From assembly GCA_951406725.2 (NCBI GenBank), contig OX597820.1, positions 47,244,001-47,308,000 on the forward strand: a stretch of DNA of 64,000 bases, written 5' to 3'. Source of the DNA: Octopus vulgaris (lineage: Eukaryota). A model generated the notes under the pieces. The model did not search any database. It saw only the letters and a list, made by a program, of their open reading frames with translations, and was not told where the DNA came from. Each line of letters begins with the position of its first letter. The stretch's first letter is position 1. The translations under genes were made by a program, and so were the position numbers. Shown here in pieces: positions 24,780 to 38,133 of this stretch.

Positions 24780-26800
24780 TGCCAGATATTTCAGTTATTG
24801 TAAGATTTAGGGCACAGGTACTTTACTTTTGTACTTACGGTGGTATCCACCTGGCTCCAGCTACCAAATTCAGATTCACGAAGTCTGGCCTTTTGGTGGT
24901 CAGACATCCAACACAGATTATTAATCATGACTACAACAAAGGACATATGAAAGAACCAGATATGAATCCAAGATCCAGCTGTTTCACCAGCTTGGGATGA
25001 GTTTGTTCTGTGGACAGTAGAATGCATGATCAAACCAAGAGACATCTTCTGAGCTGGAATTATTGAAGGAAATCAATCTGGTAATGACTAACTTCAAAGC
25101 ATAACAAAATCCAAAATTCAGTTAAGAAAGATTTAGCAAAAAAGAGGCAAATGTTTTGTAGCTTTATGAATCTTCAACTTAAACAAAAGCTGGTTTTTGA
25201 AGATGTACTCCATATGACGGTATATGAATTGATCAGCTTCTGCCAGAATTTTGCTTTGAGTATGATGCAGTCCTTTTAGAGACAAAAAATGCCTACTCCA
25301 TCTTGGTTGCACGGATTTTCATACCAACATCTACTCTTTTACTTGTTTCAGTCGTTTGACTGCGGCCATGCCGGAGCACCGCCTTTGGTCGAATAAATCG
25401 ACCCCAGGACTTATTCTTTGTAAGCCTAGTACTTATTCTATTGGTCTCTTTTGTTGAACCGCTAAGTTACGGGGACGTAAACACACCAGCATCGGTTGTC
25501 AAGTGATGTTGTGGGGACAAACACACACAAATATACATATATACGATGGGCTTCTTTCAGTTTCCGTCTACTAAATCTACTCACAAGGCTATAGTAGAAG
25601 GCACTTGCCCAAGGTGTCACGCAGTGGGACTGAACCCGGAACCATGTGGTTGGTAAGTAAGCTACTTACCACACAGCCACTCCTGCGCCAGATTAAACAC
25701 CAACATCTAGTCTATATGAATTTGTGACTCACAGATCTTTTGGTTTGTCACAAGTGTTAACTGACCAGTTGTATGTGTACCCAGCTTTTAAAAGACTGTC
25801 CTATTTGGTGTAATGTGCATAGAAAGTTCCTGTTGAGTCTTGGCGTCCAGAAGCAAGAGTGTACCTGCTGTATTTAGCAAGGATAGCTTTTTTTTTTTTT
25901 GTAGTTCTCAGACTTCTCTTAATTTATCAACCATAAGATTTAATCTGGTTACTGAACAGTTATGAAATAGCCATATGTCAATATGTAAGCAACAGATAAC
26001 TAGTTTGGCAGGCCAACACAAAAATACGCTGAAGTTCTGCAAACCCAGAGCAAGGTAGGTAACTCTGCATACTTCAAACTGCCGCCAATCTGACAAAAGT
26101 ACAACACTTTACAAGTGGCTATATAGGGCCTTGTAAATAATTATTCCAAACATTCCATCAAGGCTAGCAATGAAAATATATTTGGAAAACAAATAGTTTT
26201 TGAGTTTACTTGGTGAATTACCTTGTTCATTCATATTGATACAGCACACCTTAAATTAAAAACCAGATGCACTGGGTTTCTGTTACAGTGCTTGATACTC
26301 ACTTATTAGTGGGCTGCAACCATACAAGGGTAATGCTTTAAGAGTTCTAGTCCCTCAAACTTCTGCAAGTTAACAGATTCTGATATCGATGCCTGTACAA
26401 CACACAATAATACAGAGTTCCACGTATTCTACTGCTCTTTTTCTTTTTTTTTATTTAATTTGCAGGAGAACATGAACTAACAAACCCATTATTATGGGGG
26501 TCAAAAAAAACCTAGCATGTAACAAGTACCCTCTCAACATTTTAATGTCCATTTGCTTGTATGAATTGGACAAGCTATCTCTGGCCACTGTTCTTGTTGC
26601 CAACTCGTTTCCAATATGGTAATATTTCCACTAGTTTCTTCAAATACACACACACACACAAAAAAGCTGGATATGAAGCTTGCAAAGCAACTATCTCTTT
26701 TTTCCAACAGTGTGGAAGTACAAAGCATAAAGCACAAGAGTTCATCCACATTGACTAAGTCCACTCAAAGCTCTCTGTTTCCCTATTTATCTACAGAGAG
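24780..26800 (-). pseudogene. Highly decayed LINE reverse-transcriptase remnant, interrupted by the family A SINE at 25333-25689
   Basis: Weak RT-like peptides read by eye: IIIYKALYSHL*SVVLLSDW, DVGMKIRATKME, LAEADQFIY. Confidence 0.4.
25333..25689 (-). mobile_element. SINE family A, near full length
   Basis: Complete tRNA-like head and tail; accaacatcta occurs on both flanks (probable TSD). Confidence 0.9.
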
Positions 26801-27235
26801 ATAGAGAGAAAGCCCTGAATAGATTTACACAGAACGTGAATGAACTCTCAACCAGAACATTTATATTGTGTTACTTTTGAAGCATACAATACTGTTTTAA
26901 TCATGGGGCATGACTTTTGGGTTACCCTGTAAGTGTAGCATTCTACCTCTTACTTAAAATGTGGATATACTTTAAGCCACAACGATGCAGTATTCATCTT
27001 GAATAAACATACAATGCGAAAAAAGCATGCAAGTAAATCAGTAACAAAGTGACCAAAGGCAATGTGGAATTGTTAAATCTGGGTTTTCTGCATCTCTGCA
27101 CATCATCATTAGCAAATATCTACTACCACTGCATCAAACACTGCTTCTACTGATACAGAAAATTCATTGGTATTCTGAACCAACACTACTTCTGATGCTA
27201 ATGATGAACTGCCAGCTACTTGTTAATGATTGTCT

Positions 27236-27633
27236 TTACTCTTACTCTTTACTTGTTTCAGTTATTTGACTGCAGCCATGCTGGAGCACCGCCTTTAGTC
27301 GAGCAAATTGACCCCGGGACATATTCTTTGTAAGCCTGGTACTTATTCTATCGGATCTCTTTTGCCAAACCGCTAAGTTACGGAGACGTAAACACACCAG
27401 CATCGGTTGTCAAGCGATGTTGGTGGGGACAAACACAGATACACAAACACACACATATATATATATATATATACGATGGGCTTCTTTCAGTTTCCGTCTA
27501 CCAAACCACTCACAAGGCTTCGGTCGGCCCAAGGCAATAGTAGAAGACACACACCCAAGGTGCCACGCAGTGGGACTGAACCCGGAACCATGTGGTTGGT
27601 AAGCAAGCTACTTACCACAGCCACTCCTGCACC
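27236..27633 (-). mobile_element. SINE family A, full length
   Basis: High similarity to 25333-25689 and 31880-32262. Confidence 0.9.
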
Positions 27634-28414
27634 TATATCAGAAGATGCAAAACTTGGCTGGACACTTTCAGTCTGCTACTGATACAACTCTGCTTTTTAC
27701 AACTATATGCCTATACAAGATGCATAGCAATGGCTTTCTTACAGTATATCTATGTTAAGTAGGATATAAAGAATGCCATTCTGAACTGCTTCTGATGCAT
27801 ATAAATATATAACTATTATTATCAGGAAACAAAGAAAAACTAGCACTAAAGATAGGTAGTTAACTTGTACATTAATCTGTGTCTGTCTATGCCCCTGACA
27901 AGTGTGCGTCAATGTTTGCTGGAAGGTATTCTAGGCGTGTACAAATACGTATGTGAACATGTGTGACTGTACCAGTGTACAGCAGTATCAACACACTTGC
28001 ATACATGTTTGTGTATATATAAATATTTATTGTAAAGATTATTTGCCAACATAATGTGGCAGTCCCGGTTGGGATGACTGTTACTGTTAATTAGCTCTAG
28101 AAAACATTGTCTTCAGCTGGCTATGACACACAATCTGTGTTCTATTTTCGAACAGGGAGATCTAGAAATAATAATTTCCTCATTTAAATATTTATTATTA
28201 ACCACCAAAACGACCTATCAATGAAGCAGTATCTAATTGGGCTGCTAGAAATAGCAGCCCAATTTTTATCAAGTTTCACAAAGAAAAGAAAATGTTCGAG
28301 ATATTATGCTTGAATAAAAGGCTGTGATTAGAAAGGTTTCGATTGCAGGCCTGCAGGATCAGTTATAACCCACAGTTGAACTTCCACACATCTTTTCAGA
28401 ACAATCACTTGAGT

Positions 28415-28465
28415 TTGGAAAGAGAAATACAAAAGACACGTGTACAAGTAATTAGGAGCTTTATT
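28415..28465 (-). terminator. Probable eIF3b polyadenylation signal with downstream GU/U-rich element (3' UTR about 28440-29095)
   Basis: AATAAA on the minus strand at 28465-28460, followed about 20 nt later by gtgtcttttgtatttctcttt. The 650 nt between the stop codon and this signal contain no recognisable repeats. Confidence 0.6.
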
Positions 28466-29095
28466 TCCACCACATCCCACCCGTCCAACCCACCAAATGT
28501 ATAGCTAGAACAAAGAAAATGGTCAATGTTTTCAGCAAAGTCTAGATGGCAGTTCCATAACCGGAATGGGGCTGGGAAGAGCCCGGAGAAGTGTCCGAAT
28601 AGCAGATTGAGGGACAGAGCAGTGTAGTGAATCAGCGTGGCATTAGGAGGTAACAGTCCACTAAGACCATGTCCAGACAACTGCAACAACTTTGAGACAA
28701 TGGCTGCTATGGATGACGAACAAGAGACACACAACAGAATTCTAGACGACATTGAAACCAGTGGTACTGCTGCTGTCATCTTCACAGTTGTTCCTTGTTG
28801 AAACAAACACCTGCAGGTGGTGCGGTTGGACCCTACCCTGGGTACCGCCATGACACGGGGAGCAGACAAAGAAGTGGATAAGAAAGAGACAGTCGAAGAG
28901 AGTGCTGTCGTCATCATCTGATTAGCAGTGACAATCTATTTCTGGAAGTCAAGCTTGTCTGATGGCATTAAAAATAATTCTAACAGGGGGGGGAAAAAAG
29001 ATAATAAAACAATAATAATAATAATAATGTGGCGTGTGAATGAGTTTTAAAAAAAACCAAAAAAAAAAATAAGTGTTTCTTCTGCCGGAAGTGGA

Positions 29096-29190
29096 TTACT
29101 CGAGAACAATTTCCTCAACACTCAACAGGAATTCAATAGTCTCGTCAATGTAGTTGTCTGGGTTGTTGGCCTGAGAGTCTGTATCATGGC
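29096..29190 (-). CDS. EIF3B: eIF3b last coding exon 17 ([31 protein letters not shown])
   Basis: Acceptor tttcag|; TAA stop at 29098-29096; typical acidic ETIEF...EE eIF3b terminus. Confidence 0.95.
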
Positions 29191-32100
29191 CTGAAATAGC
29201 AAAACAAATAAATATGAGATATTAGACCCCAAGAGCATCAAAGTGAGGTAGAAATGAGTAATGGGCGCATCAATGGAACCCAGATTACAAGTACATTATT
29301 TGCAGGAAGAATACGTAATTGATTAAGTATAAGAGCACGTATCATTACAAATATATCAAATTATATTTTTATCAAAAAGTGTATAAAATGAAAAGTCAAA
29401 CAAACTAGTGGAGGCCTGCAGTGGCAAAGCAAGCAGACCCACCTCGTCAAACTAACAAACCAACTTACCATCTCTAAGAGTTATTCTTCTCTCTCGGTAT
29501 TGAGCGTACTCTTGTTCCTTGTCAGCACGATATTGCCGGAAGTCAGTCAGCATCTTGCGCCGTTTCTCAATCATCTCCTACAAAGGAAGAATAATAAGGT
29601 TATTGTAATATCTAGCACATACACAATCATCATGGATCCCGTAAATATACAAGAGCACAAATACCAAATTTATCAGTTACACAATGGACAATACTTTTAG
29701 ATAATCTGATAATAAGACAGAAAGCATTGAGAAGACATATACACCATACCTATCATTAATGCAGCAGGGTAAAAGTTCATTATAAATTTTCCACAAACAT
29801 ACCTACATATACATAAGTGTTGGTGTGCACATAAAAAGCACCCAGTACACTTTATAAAGTGGTTGGCATTAGGAAAGGCATCCAACTGAAGAAACCATGC
29901 CAGAGCAGAGAATGGAGCCTGGTGCAGCTCTGATTTGCCAGCTCCTGTCCAACTGTCAAATGCATGTCAGCATGGAAGATGACGTTAAATGACGACATCC
30001 ATATCCACATACACACACTTTTGCAACAGCATATGCACTGACATAATAATTAACTGGTAAGGTGTTACAATAACGAACTGGAAATTTTCACAATAATCAA
30101 GAATCTGGAAATGTGACGAATGAAATAAACAAACATACTTTAGCAATATAGTAAACTGAACTTTGAACTACTGAAATCCTAAGCAATTGCACACAGCAAA
30201 TAACTACAAATTTCCATGCCCTGTCAGTTTTATCACCAAAGTTAAGTACATTAAACCGAAGGAGAGTTCAGTCAGCAAAGAGTTACAAACCTTTGAGGCC
30301 TTTGTTTGGCTCATCTTATCCTTAATTTCAAACTGTGTGGAATATTTCTTCATATTCTTCTTAATATCTTTAAGTTGATCCTTTGTCAAAAGGCTTGCGG
30401 GCCGGGGTCGCCACTGCAGCTGACAGAACCTATCCAGGGACTGCTTCTGCAGAAGTCTTCCCTGGAATGTCCAAACCCAATAGGCATTGTCCACCTGAAA
30501 CATACAAAACAAAATTTAATGAGGGTGATGATGATTATGATAATAATTGCTAATATTTAAGAATTTAAAGATCTTGATCAGTGATCCCAGTAACACCCAT
30601 CAAGATGACATCAGGAAGTAGAGGAAGAATACATGAGAGAGGGAGGGAGAGAGAGAGAGATGGAGTGAGACAATGACTTACTTTATGTCCCCACCAACTG
30701 ACGCCAGAGATAACATATCGACCGGTTGGATCCCACTCCACGTCGGTAGACATGAAGTGCTCCGTGAGAGCCATCACAGTCATGTCATTAGTGTCAATGA
30801 ACTCCAAGATGCCATTCAAGCTGTAGAGAAAGAGAAAGAGGTGACACTGATCAATACATCACTACCTGCACATATCTATGATATATATATATATATATCT
30901 CAACACCATCATTTAACATCCAATTCCATGCTGGGATGGCTGTGTGGTAAGAAGCTTGCTTCCCAACCACATGGTTCCTGGTTGGGCACGTGTCTTCTAC
31001 AGCCTTGGGCTGACCAAAGCCGTCTGGGTGGATTTGGTGGATGGAAACTGAAACAAACTTGTATGTATGTCTTCATCTCAGTAACTTAGTGGTTCAGCAA
31101 AAGCGACTTAAGAGGCATCTATATGACTATCAGGAAAATTCCATTCAATTCTCTTAAAAGTATTTTTCAAAGAATTGTATTTAGAATCGACTTCAAAGTG
31201 ACATTGGTCATAAATGTAACAAAGGCAACAGCTTGATACATTCACACAAATGAAATTAACAAAATTACTTTAATACAAATATTATGTGAAGGGACTAATG
31301 TTGGAGCCCTCACAGAGTGGATTAGTTTCCACTCTAAAAAAAAAAAAACAAAAAAAAAACTACATTCTATTACTTCGCTGACAATGAATATTTGTAACAG
31401 CCTGTAATCTAACCATATTTGTAATACAATTAATGTATACAGTTTATTTATATTTCAGTATGCATGACTGACTACAATTATGTAGTCTATGCTTATAAAT
31501 AGAACTATATTATCCTATATCATCATCATAGCTCTTTTTTTTTTAAATATCTGCTTTTCCTATGCTAGCATGTATTGGACTCAGTGAGGCAGAATTTTAA
31601 GTCCTTCCTGCCACCAATCCTCATTTTTTATTTCACTGAGCAAGCTACAGGACATACTATTTGCAAGAAATGTTAATGTCACCATTGATCAAATGGTATC
31701 GATTTCAGAACACTTGGCAGGATCATGTACAATTCCATCTACCAAATCCTATTCAAAAGGTACCACGCAGTGAAATGAAGCAGAAACCAAATGGATAGCA
31801 ATCATGCTTGAACACATATTCAGCCTGGTTATAGCAGCGCTCTAAAATGGCACAGTTAATGAAAGAATATGATATATATTCTCGTTTACTTGTTTCAGTC
31901 ATTTGACTGTAGCCATGCTGGAGCACCACCTTTAATCGAGCAACACGACCCCGGAACTTATTCTTTTGTAAGCCCAGTACTTATTCTATCGGTCTCTTTT
32001 GCCGAACCGCTAAGTAACGGGGACATAAACACACCAGCATCGGTTGTCAAGCGATGCTAGGGGGACAAACACAGACACACACATATATATATATATATGC

Positions 32101-35100
32101 GTGTGTATGACAGGCTTCTTTCAGTTTCCGTCTACCAAATCCACTCACAAGGCTTTGGTCGGTTTGAGGCTATAGTAGAAGACACTTGCCCAAGGTGCCA
32201 CGCAGTGGGACTGAACCCGGAACCATGTGGTTGGTAAACGAGCTACTTACCACACTGCCACTCGAAATACCAGAGTATTTATATATATATATATACCGTT
32301 GTCATCGTTTTAACATCCACTCTTCCATGCTTGCATATGTGAAATGGAATTTGCTGAGGTGGATTTTCTATGGCCAAAATTTCCTTTTCTGTCACCAACT
32401 GTCTCGTTTCCAAGTAAAGTAATCTCTCTCTATATAAACGGCAGTTTGTCTGTGCGTGTTTCTGTGTGTCTGTTTGCTTGTACCCTCACCACGGCTTTCA
32501 ACCGATTCTGATGAAACTTGACACACACATAGCCCAATGTCATAATTCAAAACTAACGCAGCGAAAATTTTGAAAAAAATCGATAAATTCGACATGGGGT
32601 CGAGAATGAGAAACACAAACCGCAAACTGTCTAGGGGACGCAACTCCACCTTTTTTAAATCTCAAAAAAAAATTTACCATCATTTTTTTGGCTATAACTC
32701 TCTAAAAATGCTTTATAGTTATTTCCCTTACAAACCCGAGCAACGCCGGGCGATACTGCTAGTATTTCATAAAGACCAGACACATTTCCATGGAAGGTTA
32801 AGAATGTCATGGCAAGGAGACAGTAACACATGCATAGCTTCCTTCTACCAAATTCACAGACAAGGTCTTGGTCAACCCAGGGATATAAAAGACACTTGCC
32901 CGAGATTTCACGCAGGAGTGAACCCACTTCTTACCACACCTGTACACACTCACTCACACACATGTGCATGCTACTACTTACAAAGATAGGAGTTAACTGT
33001 GTAAGATACTAACCTCCTAAGTCCAGCTAGCACAATAAACTGCCCTGTTGGGCTCCAAAATAGATGGTTGGCTTGTCGCTTCTCAAGTGTTTCTATGGTA
33101 AGTCAAGGAAGAAAGAAACAATAAATAAGCAAAATTAAATGAACTGATTATAAATAAGAACGATACACAAGCGGAGCTCCATACAATTGCATCAGTATTA
33201 CATAATTCAAAGAAGAAATTTGTTCTAAGCTTCAATAAGAATTCTCTGGCTATGGACACTATGCACAATCATATTTCTAAATTATATTAAAATTAAGCCC
33301 AGTATTTACAATACAACTTATGTGTAATTATTAAAATAATAATATATTAAGGTCGTCAGTTCCTCACTACATAAGTATATCAAATTAAGCACTTTATAAA
33401 AATACACTATGTTAAGTATAAAAAATTTACTATTCACATAACATACTGATTATGGAGTGAAAAAACATTTTTGTTGGTAGTTTGCATTGATGGACGACTT
33501 TTCTGTTAATTTCTTAACTGTAGGGCAGTTTTTTTGTAACCAGACAAATAGTCATGTTTTACACCCAATGATGTAACATAACTACTGTGATGAACTCATG
33601 ACTCCAAGGTAAGCAGCCCAGCATATTTTACAAGAACAACTAAGCAATAACCATATTTGGAGAGAAATATATCTGATCACAGCGAAAAACTTGCAGAACA
33701 CTATCAATAATTTCTCACACAGGCATAACACACCAGAAGGAAGAAAAGGAAAAATTGAAGCTTTACTGTGTTGGTTGCCACCTTCAGCAACAATGTTGTT
33801 TCAAATTTTGGCACAAGGCCAGCAATTTTAAAGGAGGGGTAAGTAAATTATACTGACTTCAGTGTTCAACTGGTACCTATTTCATCAATCCTGAGAGGAT
33901 GAAAGCAAGGCTGACCGTAGCAAAGCTTGAACTAAGAACGTAAAGAGCTTGAAGAAATGCTGTTGAGCATTTTGTCTGATTAGCTCATGATTTTGCCAGC
34001 TGGCCCCCAGCAACAATATCAACAATAATGGTTGTTTCTAATTTAGGCACAAGGCAAACAATTTTGAGGGGATGGGGTTAGTTGATGCCATCGACCTAAC
34101 TAATATACTAGTTCTTTATCAATCCCTGTGGGGGGAGAATAAAAATTGATTACAGCAGGATTTGAACTCAGAATGCAAATAGCTTGAAGAAATACCACAG
34201 AGTATTTTATTTGTCACACCACCATCCTAAATAATAATAATCCTTTCTACAATAGGCACAAGGCCTGAAATTTGGGGTAAAGGAGATAGTCGATTAGATC
34301 AATCCCAGCACGTAACTGGTACCTAATTCATCAACACCGAAAGGATGAAAGGCAAACTCGACCTCAGAAGGTAAAGACAGGTGAAATACCACTAAGCGTT
34401 TTGCCTGGCGCACTAACAATTCTGCCAGCTTGCCGCCTTAGAAATAATAATAATAACAATATAAAAAAAAAATTACTCACTTAAAGCTTCCACTTTACCC
34501 CCAGGTCGAATATTACAGAATGTGACTGATATCCGAGGGACCTCGCCATGGATGTAAGCAAATTTACTTCCGTTGGGTTCCCAAGCAAATGCAATTATAC
34601 TTTCTGAAATCAAGAGAAAGACAGAGAAAATATGAAATACATATGATTTAACATGAACAACACTTTGATTCACTTTAACATTCAACCATTTATATCAACT
34701 AAAACAAAGCTAATATATGAAGTGCTAATATTAGTAGACCTTTTCAAAAAACAATATTCTTTTACCTTTGTTTTGGTTACAACTTTTGACAAATGGTCAA
34801 GCAAACACATCAACCATCATATATTTGAAAAAATTTCAATTCAAAATCTCCATTTTCTTTTTGATTACTATTTCTACAGAAGTCACCATTGCATGTTGAT
34901 ACTAATATATACAACGTAATAACTCCTCCTATTGATTTCATCATACGAGTGACTACATCAAGTATGGGGAACCTTTTTTTTTTTTTTATAGGAAGTAGGT
35001 TACATAAGACATGACTCACCATAAAGGTGGGTTGCACTACTAAAAAAATTCAAAGTAATTTTTCATTGTTATGCCTTTCATAAAGTCCATTAGGTCAGTC

Positions 35101-38075
35101 TCCCCATGCCTTGTCTAGTTGTTTGATCAAGTGGATGACTTCACTCACTGAGTTAGAGTGGAATGCAGCTGAATAATTCAAGTGCAAACAAAGTCATTCT
35201 CAAGTAGGATCAACATGACACAAATGTGACATAAACCACGTCGTTGCAGTCTCGCATTTGTTTGTTTTTACATCCATTTTCTCATGCTAGCAAGCGTTAA
35301 ACAATTATATATATATACAGTTACAGTATTTTTACTGTTGGATGCCCTCCCTACTGCTAACCCATGGCCGCTTTTCTCTCAAACACATTCACACACATCT
35401 ATACGATGGGCTTTCCATCTACAAAATTCATAAAGCACTGGTCACCAGAAGGCACTTTGCCGTAGTACTGCATCATGGGATTGAACCTATAACCACATGG
35501 TTGCCAAGCAAACTTTTTTTTTTCCACACAGCCATCCACATGTCTACAATTTTAATCACTTCTGTTGGCTAGTAACATTGATAAAATTGTCCAGAAGTAA
35601 CATATTTTAATGTGTATGAGGGACCCCCTTAATTTTTGGGCTTAAAATTTGGAAAAAGAGTTTTGTAAGGGATTATAACACAATCTATGTATAAGAAACT
35701 CCTATATTTTTTTTAACCTAATTTTTGACAAAAACGGGTTCCTTATACACATTAAAATATGGTAATAATTATGATTCACATGAGAACATAGAATTAGGAA
35801 GAGAAGGGAGAGAGGTAGAGAGACAAGGAGAAGGGGTAGATAACAGTGATATATGTCAATGATTTAATAAGAAAAGAGTCAATTATGAGGTACCTTTGAT
35901 TTCAATTTTATCAACAGGGATCTGTTTCTCACGAATCCTGAACACTTCAAAGTTATAAGAGATTCCCTGGAAAGTAAAGAGATGAATACAAATATATTAG
36001 TTCTATTGCCTGGTTGATGTCACATTTAAAGAACCAACATTAAGAACACAACAATATCACGCTATATAGCCACAGTAGAAATATAAACATTATTATCATC
36101 GTTTAATGTCCGCTTTCCATGCTGGCATGGGTGGCATGGTTTGACAGGAGTCAGCTAGGCAGAAGCCTGCACCAGACTCCTGCAATTGTTTTGGTAGGAT
36201 TTTTACAGCTGGATGCCCTTCCTAACACCAACCACTCTGGTGTGGACTGGATGCTTTTGAAGTGGCACCTGCACTGACAGGGTCACCAAGTAACCTGCAA
36301 GACAAAAATCTTTTGAGAGGGGAGGAGGTGATCTTGTGTCAAATGATGACAGGTAATAGTGAAACAGAGAGGCAGAAACAGGTGTCTTGCTGTAGAGGAG
36401 GTACAAGGTTACCTGGCCTGAGAGAGAGAGATCAGGAATGAAGAAACGAACAGGTGCACTGCAGCAAAGGAAATACAAAGTTACACATAGCAATGATAGA
36501 GGGACAGGACTGAGGAGTGAGAGGTAGGTATAGTGACTGGAGGAGGAAAAGAAGAGACGCAGAAGATTGGTTTGTTGGGGCAGGGTGTGTGAGAAGTAAT
36601 AATAGTAAAAATATAAAGTATCTTTATTGGCACTTACTCTGTATTTGTACTGGTCTTTTTCTTCCACTTTCTTAGCTTTAGTATAACGGTCAACCTTGAC
36701 ACATAAATAATCTCCCAATTTCTGCCAATGCATCTTACAATCCGCTACATTGAATAAGTTTTTCTTGCATAGTTCTGTTCGATTTGGTATACTAATTAAC
36801 ACCACCCGAGCTGGAACATTCTGCTGTTCTGGCATCCAGTAGGCAATGATGTTGTCTGTTGGAGACCAGGTGAAATCCCTAAATGGAGTAAAGACAAAAA
36901 GATTAGTAAAGAAATGAGAAAACAAAACAAAAAAAAAGTTGCCTATTTTAATAATAATTCCGATTGTGGCCGTTGCCAGCCTCGTCTGGCCTCCGTGCCA
37001 GTGGCACGTAAAAAGCACCATCTGAGCATGTACGTTCGCTAGCCTCGTCTGGCACCTGTGTCGGTGGCACGTAAAAAGCACCCACTACACTCACGGAGTG
37101 GTTGGCGTTCGGAAGGGCATCCAGCTGTAGAAACACTGCCAGATCTGACTGGCCTGGTGCAGCCTTCGGGCTTCCCAGACCCCAGTTGAACCGTCCAACC
37201 CATGCTAGCATGGAAAGCGGACGTTAAACGATGATGATGATGAATGATTTCTAAGCCAAACACAATACTACATATTTTAGATAAGGTACAGCTGATAAAT
37301 ATTAACTCCAATATTTGGGTGGTACTTATAAATTATGAATGCAGCAAAATAAAGAGCAAAGGACGATTATCACAGGATTTCAATTCAGAACCCAATTAAA
37401 TACCGCAAAGCATTTTGCCTGATGGGTTACCAGTTGCAAACTAACCACAGTCCTTACTTTTAACTTGGGCACAAGGCTACAGTTGACAGGAGATATAACT
37501 GAATATACGAAATTCACTGCCAGATTATTACTTATTCAATTTATACTAGAAGGATGAAAAGCAAAATTGAATCTGGCCAGATTTCATTCAACTCAGAACA
37601 TAAAGATAATTACTCCAAGTCATTTCGTTAAAATCCCAACCCAAATCTGTTGCAGAATTAGTGATCTTTTACATAAACAGATGTGAAAAAATAGAAAGCA
37701 AAGCAGTGGAGTGTAAACCTAAAATACAAAGGGACATGAAATACCTCCACCCTAATGGTGTTTAACTTAGACACAAAACCAGTATCTGAGGGATAAAAAA
37801 TAAAGCAAAGCTTTGTAGGATTTCAATGGTGACAATTCTTTTACGAAAAGAGGGATAACAAATTATCTTAAAGACAGCAGGGTGTTGCAGGAGAGACTTC
37901 AATCAAAGATATATAAACATATACACAGGAGTGGCTGTGCGGTAAGAAGCTTGCTTCCCAACCACATAGTTCCGGGTTCAGTCCCACTGCGTGGCACCTT
38001 GAGCAAGCGTCTTCTACTATAGCCTCGGGCCACCCAAAGCCTTGTGAGTGGATTTGGAAACCGAAAGAAGCCTGT

Positions 38076-38133
<58 letters not shown>

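Noticed and set aside
28405-28917. 170-aa ORF downstream of the eIF3b stop
   Set aside because: Low-complexity Ser/Leu/Thr-rich peptide with no recognisable domain, lying in the presumed 3' UTR and running across the poly(A) signal
31455-31529. Minus-strand ATGATGA ... CTGA snoRNA candidate in intron 13
   Set aside because: The apparent C box is the (GAT)n tail of a decayed RTE-tail element, and there is no terminal stem
33586-33682. C/D box snoRNA-like pattern (GTGATGA ... CTGA with ctgtgat/atcacag complementarity)
   Set aside because: It is antisense to the host gene, the complementarity involves the C box itself rather than a flanking stem, and I could not identify a guide sequence
36203-37081. 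292-aa ORF as a novel fusion protein
   Set aside because: Chance open frame running through an antisense RTE-tail element, eIF3b exon 10 and a LINE 3' UTR; canonical splice sites delimit the real exon
37926-38000. tRNA genes at SINE heads
   Set aside because: A/B-box-like motifs are present, but they run directly into SINE bodies and do not form a full cloverleaf
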